64,000 nucleotides of DNA, from positions 256,001-320,000 of the forward strand of contig JBIJDH010000004.1 in NCBI GenBank assembly GCA_044344255.1, given 5' to 3'. Below are positions 1 through 9,436 of this stretch, one piece after another. Numbering within the stretch: the first letter of the stretch is position 1; every line of letters begins with the position of its first letter. The notes beneath the pieces were generated by a model. It worked only from the letters and a program-made list of their open reading frames with translations. It searched no databases and was not told the DNA's origin. This DNA is from Myxococcota bacterium (lineage in GTDB: Bacteria > Myxococcota_A > UBA796 > UBA2385). Position numbers and translations under genes: made by a program.

Positions 1-480
1 GATGGCTCGATGATCCTGCTGGAGTCGATGATCGCGCGGGCGAAGGGGGAGTACGAGCGGAGCTTCAACCTGCTGCTGGAGTCGGGCGGCGAAGAGAGCG
101 ACAACCGTCGTCAGCGCATCATCTTCCTCGGCTTCCTGGCCAAGGCGGCCCTCCTCCGGGGCGACCTGGAGCGCGCCTTGGTGGAGGCCGAGCGCTCGTC
201 GGCGGGGCATCGCGCCCTCCTCCGCCCTTGTGAGCTGCCGCGGGTGCTGTGGATCCGCGTCCGCTGCCTCCACCTCCTCGGGCGAGCCGGGCAGGAGGAG
301 GCCCTGTGGGAGGCCGCCGAGGCCACGCTGGCCGTGGAGGGCTACCTCGCCGCCCGAGACCTCCTCGAGGTCTGGTCCCTCGTCCGCCCCGGCGATGGGG
401 TCACGATGGAGATGTACCCGGAGGGCTGGCGTGGCCGGGTCCGAGAGCTGCTCGAGCAGCGGAGGGCGCCGGGCTCATGA
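1..480 (+). CDS. C-terminal part of a helical (TPR-like) protein, probably truncated by the window edge
   Basis: Frame is open from base 1 (GAT GGC TCG ATG...) to TGA at 480; Ala/Leu/Glu/Arg-rich helical sequence. Confidence 0.55.
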   Translation, partial: DGSMILLESMIARAKGEYERSFNLLLESGGEESDNRRQRIIFLGFLAKAALLRGDLERALVEAERSSAGHRALLRPCELPRVLWIRVRCLHLLGRAGQEEALWEAAEATLAVEGYLAARDLLEVWSLVRPGDGVTMEMYPEGWRGRVRELLEQRRAPGS

Positions 481-487
481 GGCCGTC

Positions 488-1663
488 TCAAGCCGAGACG
501 AGGCGGAGGAGCGTGATCTCTGCGGGTTCGCCCATCCGGTTCGGGGGCCCCCAGTAGCCCGTGCCGCGGTTCGTATAGATCCACATCTCCCCGAGCTTGT
601 TCAGACCCGCCGCGAAGGGCTGGACGAGGCCGATGAGGAGGGTCCAGGGGAAGTATTGGCCCGCGTGGGTGTGGCCGGAGAGCTGGAGGTGAAAGCCCCC
701 CTCCACGGTGACGGCTGCCAGCGCGCTCCGCGGCTGGTGGGCCAGCAAGAGCCGCAGCGCGGCCGGCGGCGCTCCGCGGATGGCGGCGGCGGGGTCCGAG
801 CGGTGCGTGGGCATCATCCGCTCGGCGGAGAGGTCGGTGACCCCGGCGACGACCACGGTCTCGCCGTCGTGCTCGAGCACCACATGCTCGTTGACCAGGG
901 TGCGCAGCCCGTAGCCGCGGAGGGCCTCGAGCCAGGCCTCGGCGCCCGAGTAGTACTCGTGGTTGCCGGTCACGAAGAAGGTGCCGTGGCGCGAGCGAAG
1001 GTCGCCAATGATCGAGACCTCGGCGCCGAGGGCCTCTACGGTGCCGTCCATGAGATCGCCGGTCACGGCGACGAGATCGACCCCGAGCGCGTTGACCCGC
1101 TCGACGACGGCGCGGAGGTACTCACCGGTGATGGTGGGCCCGATGTGGACGTCGCTGAGCTGGGCGACGCGGAGCCCCACGAGGGATCGGGGGAGGCCGA
1201 CGATCGGCACCTCGATCTCGACGACGGCTGCGAGTCGCCGAGCCTCCCGGTATCCGAGGACGGTGGCCCCCGCGCCGAGGGCGAGGGTGGCGCCGTAGCC
1301 CACCCCGGCGAAGAGCCGCCGACGGGCAGGGTCGAAGCGGTCCGCACCAGCCCCACCCCGGGCCCGCCGCACGACGTCGGGCAGGCGGGCGAGGAGGATC
1401 AGCAGATCGGTGGACGCGACCCCGGCGAAGAGGAGGGTCGAGCAGCCGAAGAGCAGGTAGGCCGGCCAGCTCACGAAGGGCTGCCAGGGCGCGCGGCTCG
1501 CGGCGCGCATCAGCGTGAAGGAGAGGGGCAGGAGCAGGGCCTGAGCGGCGAGGAGGCCCCAGATGAGCGCCTTGAAACGGGGGAAGGCTCCGCCGATCCG
1601 GCGACCGAGGTAGGCGCTGAAGCCGGTGAGGAGGCCGAGGGCGAGGAGGCCGAAGAGGGTCAT
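488..1663 (-). CDS. Membrane-anchored metallophosphoesterase (YkuE/YaeI-like)
   Basis: Motifs SDVH, TGDLMD, GNHEYY, LLAHQP, SGHTHAGQ, GTGYWGPP; N-terminal TM segments; start set at ATG 1663 (MTLFGLL). Confidence 0.9.
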   Translation of the reverse strand: MTLFGLLALGLLTGFSAYLGRRIGGAFPRFKALIWGLLAAQALLLPLSFTLMRAASRAPWQPFVSWPAYLLFGCSTLLFAGVASTDLLILLARLPDVVRRARGGAGADRFDPARRRLFAGVGYGATLALGAGATVLGYREARRLAAVVEIEVPIVGLPRSLVGLRVAQLSDVHIGPTITGEYLRAVVERVNALGVDLVAVTGDLMDGTVEALGAEVSIIGDLRSRHGTFFVTGNHEYYSGAEAWLEALRGYGLRTLVNEHVVLEHDGETVVVAGVTDLSAERMMPTHRSDPAAAIRGAPPAALRLLLAHQPRSALAAVTVEGGFHLQLSGHTHAGQYFPWTLLIGLVQPFAAGLNKLGEMWIYTNRGTGYWGPPNRMGEPAEITLLRLVSA

Positions 1664-1789
1664 GGGCAGAGCTCCTACCCCGCCTGTCCCCGGCGCCCAG
1701 TCGCCGGCGGCCTCGGCGCCCCGCGGCCCGGGTTCGCGGCGCTCCGCCTCGGCCCCGCGATAGGCGGTCGGGTCCGTGAGGCCCTCGCG

Positions 1790-2824
1790 ATGCTGATCCC
1801 GCTCTCGTTCCTCGGCGCCCTCAGCGTGCTCGGCGCGCGCTCGTTGACCCCGGAGGCGCGGGCCGAGCCGCTCACCACCGCGCTTGTCGGGCAGCACGAC
1901 CAGCCCGGGGACTGCTGGGCCCTCATCGACGGCGTCGTCTACGACCTCAGCCCCTGGGTGGGCGCTCACCCGGGGGGAGAGGCCATCACCCGGGCCTGCG
2001 GCAAGGACGCGACCTGGCTCTTCCACCATCGTGAGGCCGCCGGGGGGCCATCCGGGGGGCAATCAGGTGGCCACTCCGCCGCGGCCGCAGCCCTCCTGCC
2101 CTCCCTCGCCCTCGGCCCTCTCGGCGCAGAGGCTCCCGCGAGCGTCGCCCGCCCCGTGATCCACCCGCACGCCGCTCGGCTCGAGGGGGCGCGGGTGGGC
2201 CTCCTCCCCTCGTCGGGGGTCGGTCCAGCGAAGAGCGTGGCCCTGCGGGTGGGGCACCAGCTCTCCACCGGCGACGCCGCCTCGGGGATCGGGGTGCAGC
2301 TCGGCTACAGCACCGGCTGGATGGACGTCCTCGTCAGTGATCAACGCGCGCCCGGGCTCGGCGCCCTCGAGGTGAAGGTCCGCCCCCTCGCCCAGCACGG
2401 GGCGGTGGAGCGGCCGCTCTCGATCTCCCTCGGCGCCGGCGGGGGCTACGCCTCCGCGGCGGAGGCGCCCGCCCTCTTCGGCGCGCTGGTGCTGGAGCGG
2501 GACGCCCTCGACCGACGTCTGAGCGCCCGACTCGTCGGCGACGGGGGCCTGTCCCCGGGAGAGGCGGAGAGCGCCCAGGCCTCGGCGGGCGTCGGGCTCG
2601 AATTCCGGCCGATCCCCATCCACAGCCTCTTCGGGGAGCTGGTGGTGCCGCTCGGAGCGCCCGAGAGCTTGGCCTGGTCGGCGGGGGCCCGATTGTTCAC
2701 CCGCAGCCACAGCTTCTCGATCTATGTGGCCTCGACGCCGGCCCTGTCTCCCTGGGAGCTCGCCGGCCCCACCGCAGAGACCCTGTCGATCGGCCTCTCG
2801 ATGGAGCGAGCCTTTCGACTCTGA
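1790..2824 (+). CDS. Exported cytochrome b5-like heme domain fused to a putative beta-barrel (DUF5777-like)
   Basis: Signal-peptide-like start MLIPLSFLGALS; b5 motifs DCWALIDGVVYDL, HPGG, CGKDAT, GHS; C-terminal alternating beta-strands ending IGLSMERAFRL. Confidence 0.7.
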   Translation: MLIPLSFLGALSVLGARSLTPEARAEPLTTALVGQHDQPGDCWALIDGVVYDLSPWVGAHPGGEAITRACGKDATWLFHHREAAGGPSGGQSGGHSAAAAALLPSLALGPLGAEAPASVARPVIHPHAARLEGARVGLLPSSGVGPAKSVALRVGHQLSTGDAASGIGVQLGYSTGWMDVLVSDQRAPGLGALEVKVRPLAQHGAVERPLSISLGAGGGYASAAEAPALFGALVLERDALDRRLSARLVGDGGLSPGEAESAQASAGVGLEFRPIPIHSLFGELVVPLGAPESLAWSAGARLFTRSHSFSIYVASTPALSPWELAGPTAETLSIGLSMERAFRL

Positions 2825-2883
2825 GGTGCCCGCCCGGTTAACGGTCGGGAGGCCCGTCCCCTCGGGTCACCCTGGGAGCCCCC

Positions 2884-4275
2884 GTGAGCCCGAGCCGCCC
2901 TTCCATTCGAATCGTGACCGAGATCCCCGGCCCCCGCAGCCGGGCCATCGTCGCTCGCCGCGACGCCGCGATGCCGTCGGGCGCCGCTCGCCTCACGGGC
3001 ATCTCTGTCCGCTCCGCGCACGGCGCTGAGGTCACCGATGAAGATGGCAATGTCTTCCTTGACTTCGCGGGAGGCATCGGCACCCTCGCGGTGGGCCACA
3101 CCCCCGACGACGTGGTGGCGGCGGTGCAGGCCCAGGCCGCAGACCTGCTGCACATGTGCGCCATCGTCGCCACCTACGAGCCGATGGTCGAGCTCGCCGA
3201 GCGGCTCAACGCGCTCACGCCGGGCGGCTTCGCCAAGCGCTGCCTCTTCATGAATTCGGGCGCGGAGGCCCTCGAGACCTGCGTTCACATCAGCCGCGCC
3301 TACACCAAGCGACAGGGTGTGGTGGTCTTTGACGGGGCCTATCACGGGCGCACCAACCTCACGATGGCGATGACCTCGAAGTTCAACCTCTTCAAGAAGG
3401 GCTTCGGCCCCTTCGCCCCGGAGGTCTATCGGTTCCCTTTCCCAAACCTCTATCGGCGTCCCGCGGAGAGCACCGAGGAGAGCTGGATCGACTGGAACAT
3501 CCGCCTGCTCGACCACGCCTTCATGGCGGTGGTGGATCCGGGCCACGTCGCCGCCGTGGTGATCGAGCCGGTCATCGGCGAGGGGGGCTTCCTCCCGGCG
3601 CCCGCCCGTTGGCTGGTTCGGCTCCGCGCCCTCTGTGACCAGCACGGCATCTTGCTCGTGGCTGACGAGGTGCAGTGCGGGATGGGGCGCACCGGCCGCC
3701 TGTTCGCCATCGAGCACGCGGGCGTCGTGCCCGACCTCGTCGCCACCGCCAAGAGCCTCGGCGCCGGGCTGCCGATCTCGGCGGTCATCGGGCGGGCCGA
3801 GGTGATGGAGGCCCCGCACCCAGGCGGCCTCGGCGGGACGTACTCCGCGAACCCGCTCGCCTGTCGTGCGGCCCTCAAGGCCCTCGACACCCTCACGGAC
3901 CCCGCCTTCCTGGCCCGGGCCACCGCGCTCGGCGCCCGCCTCCGGGCCCGCCTCGAGGCCATCCAAGCCCGCCACCCCCGCCTCGTCGGCGACGTGCGAG
4001 GCCTTGGCCCGATGCTGGCGATGGAGCTCGTCCGCGACCGGGACACCCAGGAGCCCTGGATCGAGGCCACCCAGCAGGTCAACGCCGCCACGCTGCAGCG
4101 CGGCCTCATCACCATCCGGGCCGGCCTCTTCTCGAACTGCGTCCGCCTGCTGCCGCCGCTCACGCTCACCGACGCCCAGGTGGACGAGGCGATGGACGTG
4201 CTCGACGCCTCCGTGGACGAGGTGGCGCAGCGCCTCGGCGTCGCCGGCGCTCAGGCGCGGCCGAACAACGCCTGA
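2884..4275 (+). CDS. gabT: 4-aminobutyrate aminotransferase (class III PLP aminotransferase)
   Basis: DFAGGIG, NSGAEA, YHGRT, EPVIGEGGF, ADEVQCGMGRTG, AKSLGAG, GGTY. Confidence 0.88.
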   Translation: MSPSRPSIRIVTEIPGPRSRAIVARRDAAMPSGAARLTGISVRSAHGAEVTDEDGNVFLDFAGGIGTLAVGHTPDDVVAAVQAQAADLLHMCAIVATYEPMVELAERLNALTPGGFAKRCLFMNSGAEALETCVHISRAYTKRQGVVVFDGAYHGRTNLTMAMTSKFNLFKKGFGPFAPEVYRFPFPNLYRRPAESTEESWIDWNIRLLDHAFMAVVDPGHVAAVVIEPVIGEGGFLPAPARWLVRLRALCDQHGILLVADEVQCGMGRTGRLFAIEHAGVVPDLVATAKSLGAGLPISAVIGRAEVMEAPHPGGLGGTYSANPLACRAALKALDTLTDPAFLARATALGARLRARLEAIQARHPRLVGDVRGLGPMLAMELVRDRDTQEPWIEATQQVNAATLQRGLITIRAGLFSNCVRLLPPLTLTDAQVDEAMDVLDASVDEVAQRLGVAGAQARPNNA

Positions 4276-4850
4276 CGGAGCTCGGCGTCGGGCTCACCGC
4301 GGAGGCTGGTGAGCTCGACGCTGCCGCCGATCGGGCTGCCTCGCATCTCCATGCACATGTGGCGGGCCACGAGGCGCACGCCGACCGCGGTGGGGGCGAG
4401 GGCGGAGGCCGCGATGGTGTCGGCGATGGCGGCGGAGAGCCGCTCTTGGACCTGCGGCCGGCGAGCGTGCGCCTCGAGCACCCGCACGAACCAGCCGAGG
4501 CCGGGTACGCGCCCCTGAGGCCGCATGGCGAGGGTGGCGGTGCCGAAGAAGGGCAGCAGGTGGTGGGCGCAGAGCGAGTGGAAGGGGAGATCGCGGAGCA
4601 CGATGAGATCGCGGCAGGCCGTGGGCAGGAGCTCCGGTGACGGAGGATCCAGTGGGCGAAAGCCTGCTAGGAAGGTGGAGACCAGCTCCGCTGTCCGGCC
4701 GGTCTCGGGGTCATCCCGAAGGGTGAGGGCCTGCAGCGCCGCCTCGATGTGGTATCGCGCGAGGTCCAGATCCTGGCCTGTCGGCGGCGCGCCCCCAGCG
4801 GAGGGGGGCGGTTGCGAAGGCGAGGGGGCGCTGGTGGCAGGCATGGTCAC
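4251..4850 (-). CDS. folE: GTP cyclohydrolase I-like protein (divergent)
   Basis: SLCAHHLLPFFG, RPQVQERL, HMCMEMRG; some conserved substrate-binding positions differ (see findings). Confidence 0.78.
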   Translation of the reverse strand: MTMPATSAPSPSQPPPSAGGAPPTGQDLDLARYHIEAALQALTLRDDPETGRTAELVSTFLAGFRPLDPPSPELLPTACRDLIVLRDLPFHSLCAHHLLPFFGTATLAMRPQGRVPGLGWFVRVLEAHARRPQVQERLSAAIADTIAASALAPTAVGVRLVARHMCMEMRGSPIGGSVELTSLRGEPDAELRQALFGRA

Positions 4851-4886
4851 CCAGTGGATGCGCCCTCGGTATCGCGCGGGCTACGG

Positions 4887-5681
4887 GTGCGCTTCGAGGT
4901 GAACATGCGTCCTTCTCGCGGATACGCGCCGCGCTCCGTCAGCCCCGGTCAGGACGCGCTCCTCGATGACATCCTGGCCGTGGCGCACCGCGCCGGCCCG
5001 ACGGGGGTGGGCGTCTTCGACCTCGATGGTTGCCTCTTCGACACCCGGCCTCGCCAGCTGCACATCCTCCGTGAGCTCGGCAGCCTGGAGGGCATGTCCG
5101 ACCTCTATTGTGTGACCGAGGACCACTTCACCGACTGGCACTTGAGCGCCAGCCTGTCCCGCGCGGGCTTGCCCGCCGACCGGGTGGCGGCCATCCTCCC
5201 TCGTGTCGAGGCCCACTGGCAGCCCCGCTTCTTCTCGGGGGAATATGTTGGTTTTGACGCCGCGATGCCCGGGGCGGCCGCGCTCGTCTGGGCCTGCTAC
5301 CGGGCGGGGATGCAGGTCGTCTACCTGACCGGGCGTCACGAGGAGATGCGGGCCGGCACCGAGGCCGCCCTGAGCCGGATGGGCTTTCCGATGCAGCGGC
5401 CCGGCACCCACCTGATCGTGAAGCCGTCGATGCAGATGGAGGACACCGCCTTCAAGCGGGAGGCCCTGCGGGAGCTGCGCACCCTCGGCCGGCCGGTGCT
5501 CTTCCTCGACAACGAGCCCTCGAACGTCAACGCCTTCCGCGCCGAGGAGCCCGATGCCCTCGTCGTCTTCGTCGAGACCGACCATTCGCCGCGCCCCATC
5601 TACCCGCTGCCGGACATCCCCTGGATCCGCGGCTTCTTACGACAGGGCGCGCCGGGCGCTCGGTCGGACGGGGAGCGGTGA
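4887..5681 (+). CDS. HAD-superfamily hydrolase/phosphatase
   Basis: Motif I FDLDGCLFDT, motif II YLTGR, Lys in KP/FK, motif IV FLDNEPSN; start uncertain (GTG 4887 or ATG 4905). Confidence 0.8.
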   Translation: MRFEVNMRPSRGYAPRSVSPGQDALLDDILAVAHRAGPTGVGVFDLDGCLFDTRPRQLHILRELGSLEGMSDLYCVTEDHFTDWHLSASLSRAGLPADRVAAILPRVEAHWQPRFFSGEYVGFDAAMPGAAALVWACYRAGMQVVYLTGRHEEMRAGTEAALSRMGFPMQRPGTHLIVKPSMQMEDTAFKREALRELRTLGRPVLFLDNEPSNVNAFRAEEPDALVVFVETDHSPRPIYPLPDIPWIRGFLRQGAPGARSDGER

Positions 5682-5739
5682 GGGGGCTTTCGAGGCCGAG
5701 AGAGGGGCGTCCTGGCGGCGGACTGGGTAGGAGGGCCGA

Positions 5740-7260
5740 ATGATCGAAGGCTCCCCAGTCCTCCAGGCGCTCGGCACCGTCCTCGCGGTGTTGGCCATCA
5801 TCGTCGGCTATGAGCTGCTCCGCTTCGCGCTGGTGCGGCGGGTGCGCGCCCGCCTCCACGAGGGCGCGGTGCGCTTCGTGCGGCGGTACCGCGTGCGCCT
5901 CGAGTCGGCCCGCTTCATCGATCGGGTCTGGCTCCGCGAGGCCCTCTTGCAGGACGCCGAGATCGACCGCGCCGTCTCGGAGGCCTCCGCCGAGCGGGGC
6001 GAGCCCGTCCTCGTGCTCCGTGACCGTGTCGAGGCCTATGTGGCCGAGATCACGCCCGCCTTCTCGCTCACCGCCTACTACCGGGTGGGGGCCCTGCTCG
6101 CGCGGCTGTCGGTCGATTTTCTCTATGAGCTGGTCTTTGACCCGCGGAGCTATGAGGCCGCCGTCAGCAAGGTTCCGCCGGGGGCGATCCGTGTCTTTGT
6201 CATCAATCATCGTTCGAACGCAGACTATGTGCTCCTATCTTATGGGCTCTTGCGCCATGTGGCCCTGTCGTACGCGGTGGGCGAATGGGCGCGGGTCTGG
6301 CCGCTCGACCTCCTCTTTCGCTCCTTCGGCAGCTACTTCATCCGCCGCGGCGAGAAGGACCGCCTCTATCACAAGGTGCTCGAGCGGTACGTTCAGCTCC
6401 TCGTCGGGAATGGCGGCGTGACCGGCTTCTTCATCGAGGGTCGCCTGACGCGGGACGGGCTGCTCGGAGAGGCCAAGGCTGGGCTGCTCGACTATATCGT
6501 CGGCGTGCGCCGGAGTGACCCTGCGCGCGAGATCTGGTTCGTCCCCGTCGGCCTGAACCTCGATCACGCGCTCGAAGACCGCAGCCTCGTCCAGGAGCGG
6601 CCCCGCGCTGCGGCCCCGGGGTTCGGCGACAAGGCGCGCTCGCTGCTCCGGGTCGTCTATCGACTGCCGATGGTCGTGGGGGCGAACCTCCTCCGGGTGG
6701 CCACGCGCTCCCACCGGAAGTTCGGCTACGCCGCCGTCGTCGTGGGAGAGCCCGTGTCGCTCGAGGATCTGACGGGGGGCATGGAGGTGGCGAACCTCCC
6801 GGCCGAAGAGCGCTGGTCGCGCGTGAAAGACCTCGCCGCCTCGCTGCTCGTCCGGGTGGGCGAGGTGGTGCCGGTCACGCCGGTGCCGGTCTTCTGCCTC
6901 GCCCTGCTGCGGGCCGAAGAGCTGAGCCACCGCGCCTTGACGGTCCAGGTCCGGTCGCTGCTGCAGGCCTTCCGCGAGGTCGGAGCGCCGATCACCCTCG
7001 GGAAGGCCTTCGAGCGGCGCGGCGCGGCGGGGGCCAACATCCCGGGGCTCGACGATGAGATCGAGCTGCTCGCCGAGGCGGAGCTGGTGGTCACCCTCGC
7101 CGGGATGCCGATGGAGCGCCGGGGGCTCGTGCAGCGGCGAGGCGGCTTCTTCCACGTGACGCCGGGCTCGGAGCCTCTCGTCGCCTGGTATGCCAACTCC
7201 GTCGTGCACCACCTCGGCTGGGGTGACGCCTTGCCGGGTCGCGCCGCTCCGGTAGCCTGA
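5740..7260 (+). CDS. Glycerol-3-phosphate/lysophospholipid acyltransferase (PlsB/PlsC family)
   Basis: NHRSNAD (HX4D), YFIRR, FFIEGRLTRDG, FVPV; N-terminal TM helix. Confidence 0.85.
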   Translation: MIEGSPVLQALGTVLAVLAIIVGYELLRFALVRRVRARLHEGAVRFVRRYRVRLESARFIDRVWLREALLQDAEIDRAVSEASAERGEPVLVLRDRVEAYVAEITPAFSLTAYYRVGALLARLSVDFLYELVFDPRSYEAAVSKVPPGAIRVFVINHRSNADYVLLSYGLLRHVALSYAVGEWARVWPLDLLFRSFGSYFIRRGEKDRLYHKVLERYVQLLVGNGGVTGFFIEGRLTRDGLLGEAKAGLLDYIVGVRRSDPAREIWFVPVGLNLDHALEDRSLVQERPRAAAPGFGDKARSLLRVVYRLPMVVGANLLRVATRSHRKFGYAAVVVGEPVSLEDLTGGMEVANLPAEERWSRVKDLAASLLVRVGEVVPVTPVPVFCLALLRAEELSHRALTVQVRSLLQAFREVGAPITLGKAFERRGAAGANIPGLDDEIELLAEAELVVTLAGMPMERRGLVQRRGGFFHVTPGSEPLVAWYANSVVHHLGWGDALPGRAAPVA

Positions 7261-7263
7261 GGC

Positions 7264-8694
7264 ATGGCCCGCCTCGACCTCCTGCTGTTCCACGCGTACC
7301 TGCTCGCCGAAGATCCCCACGAACAGGAGATCATGCGGCCCTTTCCGCCCCTCGGCCTCCAGTATCTGGTCGCCTGGCTGCGGCGGGAGGGGGCCTTCGC
7401 GGTGGACTGGTTTGACCTCACCTTCGCAGGTGGGGTGGGCGACTTCACCGCGCGCTGCGCAGATGAAGACCCCCGCGTGGTCGGCCTCTACGGCCACACC
7501 ATCACCCGCCCGCGCGCGGCCGCGATGGTGCGGCGCTGTCGGGAGGAGGGCCGCCGGGTGATCGCAGGTGGGCCCGATCCGGTCCAGTACCTCGATGAGT
7601 ACTTCGACGCGGGCGTGGAGGTGGTGATCATCGGCGAGGGGGAGCAGACCACGGAGGCCCTCCTCCACCACCTCCGCGGCAACGACTGGCGGTGGGACTG
7701 GGACCGGCTGGCGGAGATCGACGGTGTCGCGTTCCGCCGCGACGGCGTGGTCATTCGGACCCGCCCCCGTGCCCTCCTCCGCCCCATCGACCGATTCCCC
7801 TGGCCCGTTCGTGATCGGAGAGACCAGGAGGGGTATTTTTCGGCCTGGCGGGCGCGACACGGCGAGACCGCCCTGTCGATGATCACCAGCCGAGGCTGCC
7901 CCTATCACTGCACCTGGTGCAGCAAGCAAGTCTATGGGGACACCTTTCGCCGTCGTAGCCCCGGCGACGTGCTCGATGAGCTCGCCGCGCTGCGGGAGCG
8001 TTTCAATCCGGATCAGATCTGGTTCGCCGATGACCTCTTCACGCTGAACAAGGCTTGGGTGCACCGCTTCTGCGCCGAGATGGTGCGACGCGGGCTCCAG
8101 ATCCCCTTCTACGTCATCGGCCGCCCCGAGACCCTCGATCCCGAGCTCTGCGCCGCGATGCGGGCGGCGGGGCTCTTCCGGATGTACCTCTCCGCCGAGA
8201 GCGGGGCGCAGCACATCCTCGACCAGATGCGCAAGGAGGACACCGTCCAGGACATCGAGCGGGCGGCCCGCCTCCTCCGCGCGCAGGGCGTCGAGCTCGG
8301 GGTCTTCGTGATGATCGGATACCCCGGAGAGACCCGCGCCGACCTCGACCAGACCCTTCGGATGTTGCACCGCATCGCGCCGGACGTCTCGCTCGTCAGC
8401 GTCGCCCACCCGATGAAGGGCACCGCCTTCTACGACGCCGTCGCCGATAGGGTGATCGCGGGGTCAGCCGCCGAGAATGGCGGCCGGAACCGCTTCGTGA
8501 TGGACCACCCCGCTGAGTACTACGAGCTGGCCCAGCGGCTCATCCACGCCGAGACGGGGCTTGTGCGGCGGCTCCGCCAGGGGCGCCTCGACGGTGAGAC
8601 CGCGCGCCTCGCCCTCAAGGCGCCGGTGCTGAGGGCGGGGACCTGGTGGTGGAGCCGCAGCGGCCCCCCGCTCACAGGACAAACTGGAGGGTGA
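7264..8694 (+). CDS. Cobalamin-binding radical SAM enzyme
   Basis: PPLGLQYL and AGGPDP B12-domain motifs, GEGE, SRGCPYHCTWC (CX3CX2C), ESG, GYPGET. Confidence 0.9.
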   Translation: MARLDLLLFHAYLLAEDPHEQEIMRPFPPLGLQYLVAWLRREGAFAVDWFDLTFAGGVGDFTARCADEDPRVVGLYGHTITRPRAAAMVRRCREEGRRVIAGGPDPVQYLDEYFDAGVEVVIIGEGEQTTEALLHHLRGNDWRWDWDRLAEIDGVAFRRDGVVIRTRPRALLRPIDRFPWPVRDRRDQEGYFSAWRARHGETALSMITSRGCPYHCTWCSKQVYGDTFRRRSPGDVLDELAALRERFNPDQIWFADDLFTLNKAWVHRFCAEMVRRGLQIPFYVIGRPETLDPELCAAMRAAGLFRMYLSAESGAQHILDQMRKEDTVQDIERAARLLRAQGVELGVFVMIGYPGETRADLDQTLRMLHRIAPDVSLVSVAHPMKGTAFYDAVADRVIAGSAAENGGRNRFVMDHPAEYYELAQRLIHAETGLVRRLRQGRLDGETARLALKAPVLRAGTWWWSRSGPPLTGQTGG

Positions 8695-9436
8695 CCCCGG
8701 TGGCCGCGAGGCCGGCGAGGCCGTAGCTCCCATAGGTGTAGACCTTCTGCCGCGCGAAGTGGCTGTCGAGGTCAGCCTGGGTGGTGGCGGTCTCCATGAT
8801 GCCCGTCTCCCGCCAGGCCATCAGCATGCCCCCGCCGGCGAGCAGGCCCGTGCCCACCCCGGCGGCCAGCCACACCGGGAAGCCGCGCCCCGTCTTTGGG
8901 GCGTGGGTGAGGGGGCCCGTGTTGACCACGAGGCTCTCCCCGGCGCCGAGGAGGCTGAGCCGCGCGAAGCGGGAGGGGCCGCTCTTCGGGTCGAGGACCT
9001 GGACGAGGTGGAAGCCCGCGGTGGTGGTGACGGGGAAGGCGACGATCTTCCCGTCGAGGGCGGTGCGGAAGCCCTCCGTCGCCGGCTCGATCGTGATCTG
9101 GCCGATGGTCCCCGCGCTGCCGGCCACGGCGGCGTCATACTCGGCCTGGAGGGTCGCGCCGTACTTCGGATCCCAGACGTCGGCCTGGATGGAGTGCGCT
9201 GTGACGAAGGCGGCCTTGGCGTCGCCCTTCTCGCCGCCGAGGGAGAGCCACACCCCCTGGACGAGGAGGAGGTGGGCCAGGGCGGTCGGATCGGCGACCT
9301 CCCCGCAGGCGAAGGCGGCCTCGGTGCGGCTGATCAAGGCTTGGACCTCCTCTTGCCGACCGTCGAGCACGGCGGTCTCGACTTGGGTGACCAGGGCGGC
9401 GACATCTTCACAAGGGGGCAGGGCGGGCGGGGTCAT
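8672..9436 (-). CDS. Hypothetical protein with C-terminal TM helices, coupled to the upstream kinase
   Basis: ATG 9436 overlaps the kinase stop (ATGA); hydrophobic WLAAGVGTGLLAGG and YGLAGLAATGVTL segments. Confidence 0.7.
   Translation of the reverse strand: MTPPALPPCEDVAALVTQVETAVLDGRQEEVQALISRTEAAFACGEVADPTALAHLLLVQGVWLSLGGEKGDAKAAFVTAHSIQADVWDPKYGATLQAEYDAAVAGSAGTIGQITIEPATEGFRTALDGKIVAFPVTTTAGFHLVQVLDPKSGPSRFARLSLLGAGESLVVNTGPLTHAPKTGRGFPVWLAAGVGTGLLAGGGMLMAWRETGIMETATTQADLDSHFARQKVYTYGSYGLAGLAATGVTLQFVL

Noticed and set aside
230..1789. N-terminal 520 aa of the 864-aa ORF
   Set aside because: Antisense to the metallophosphoesterase; the real gene starts at about 1790.
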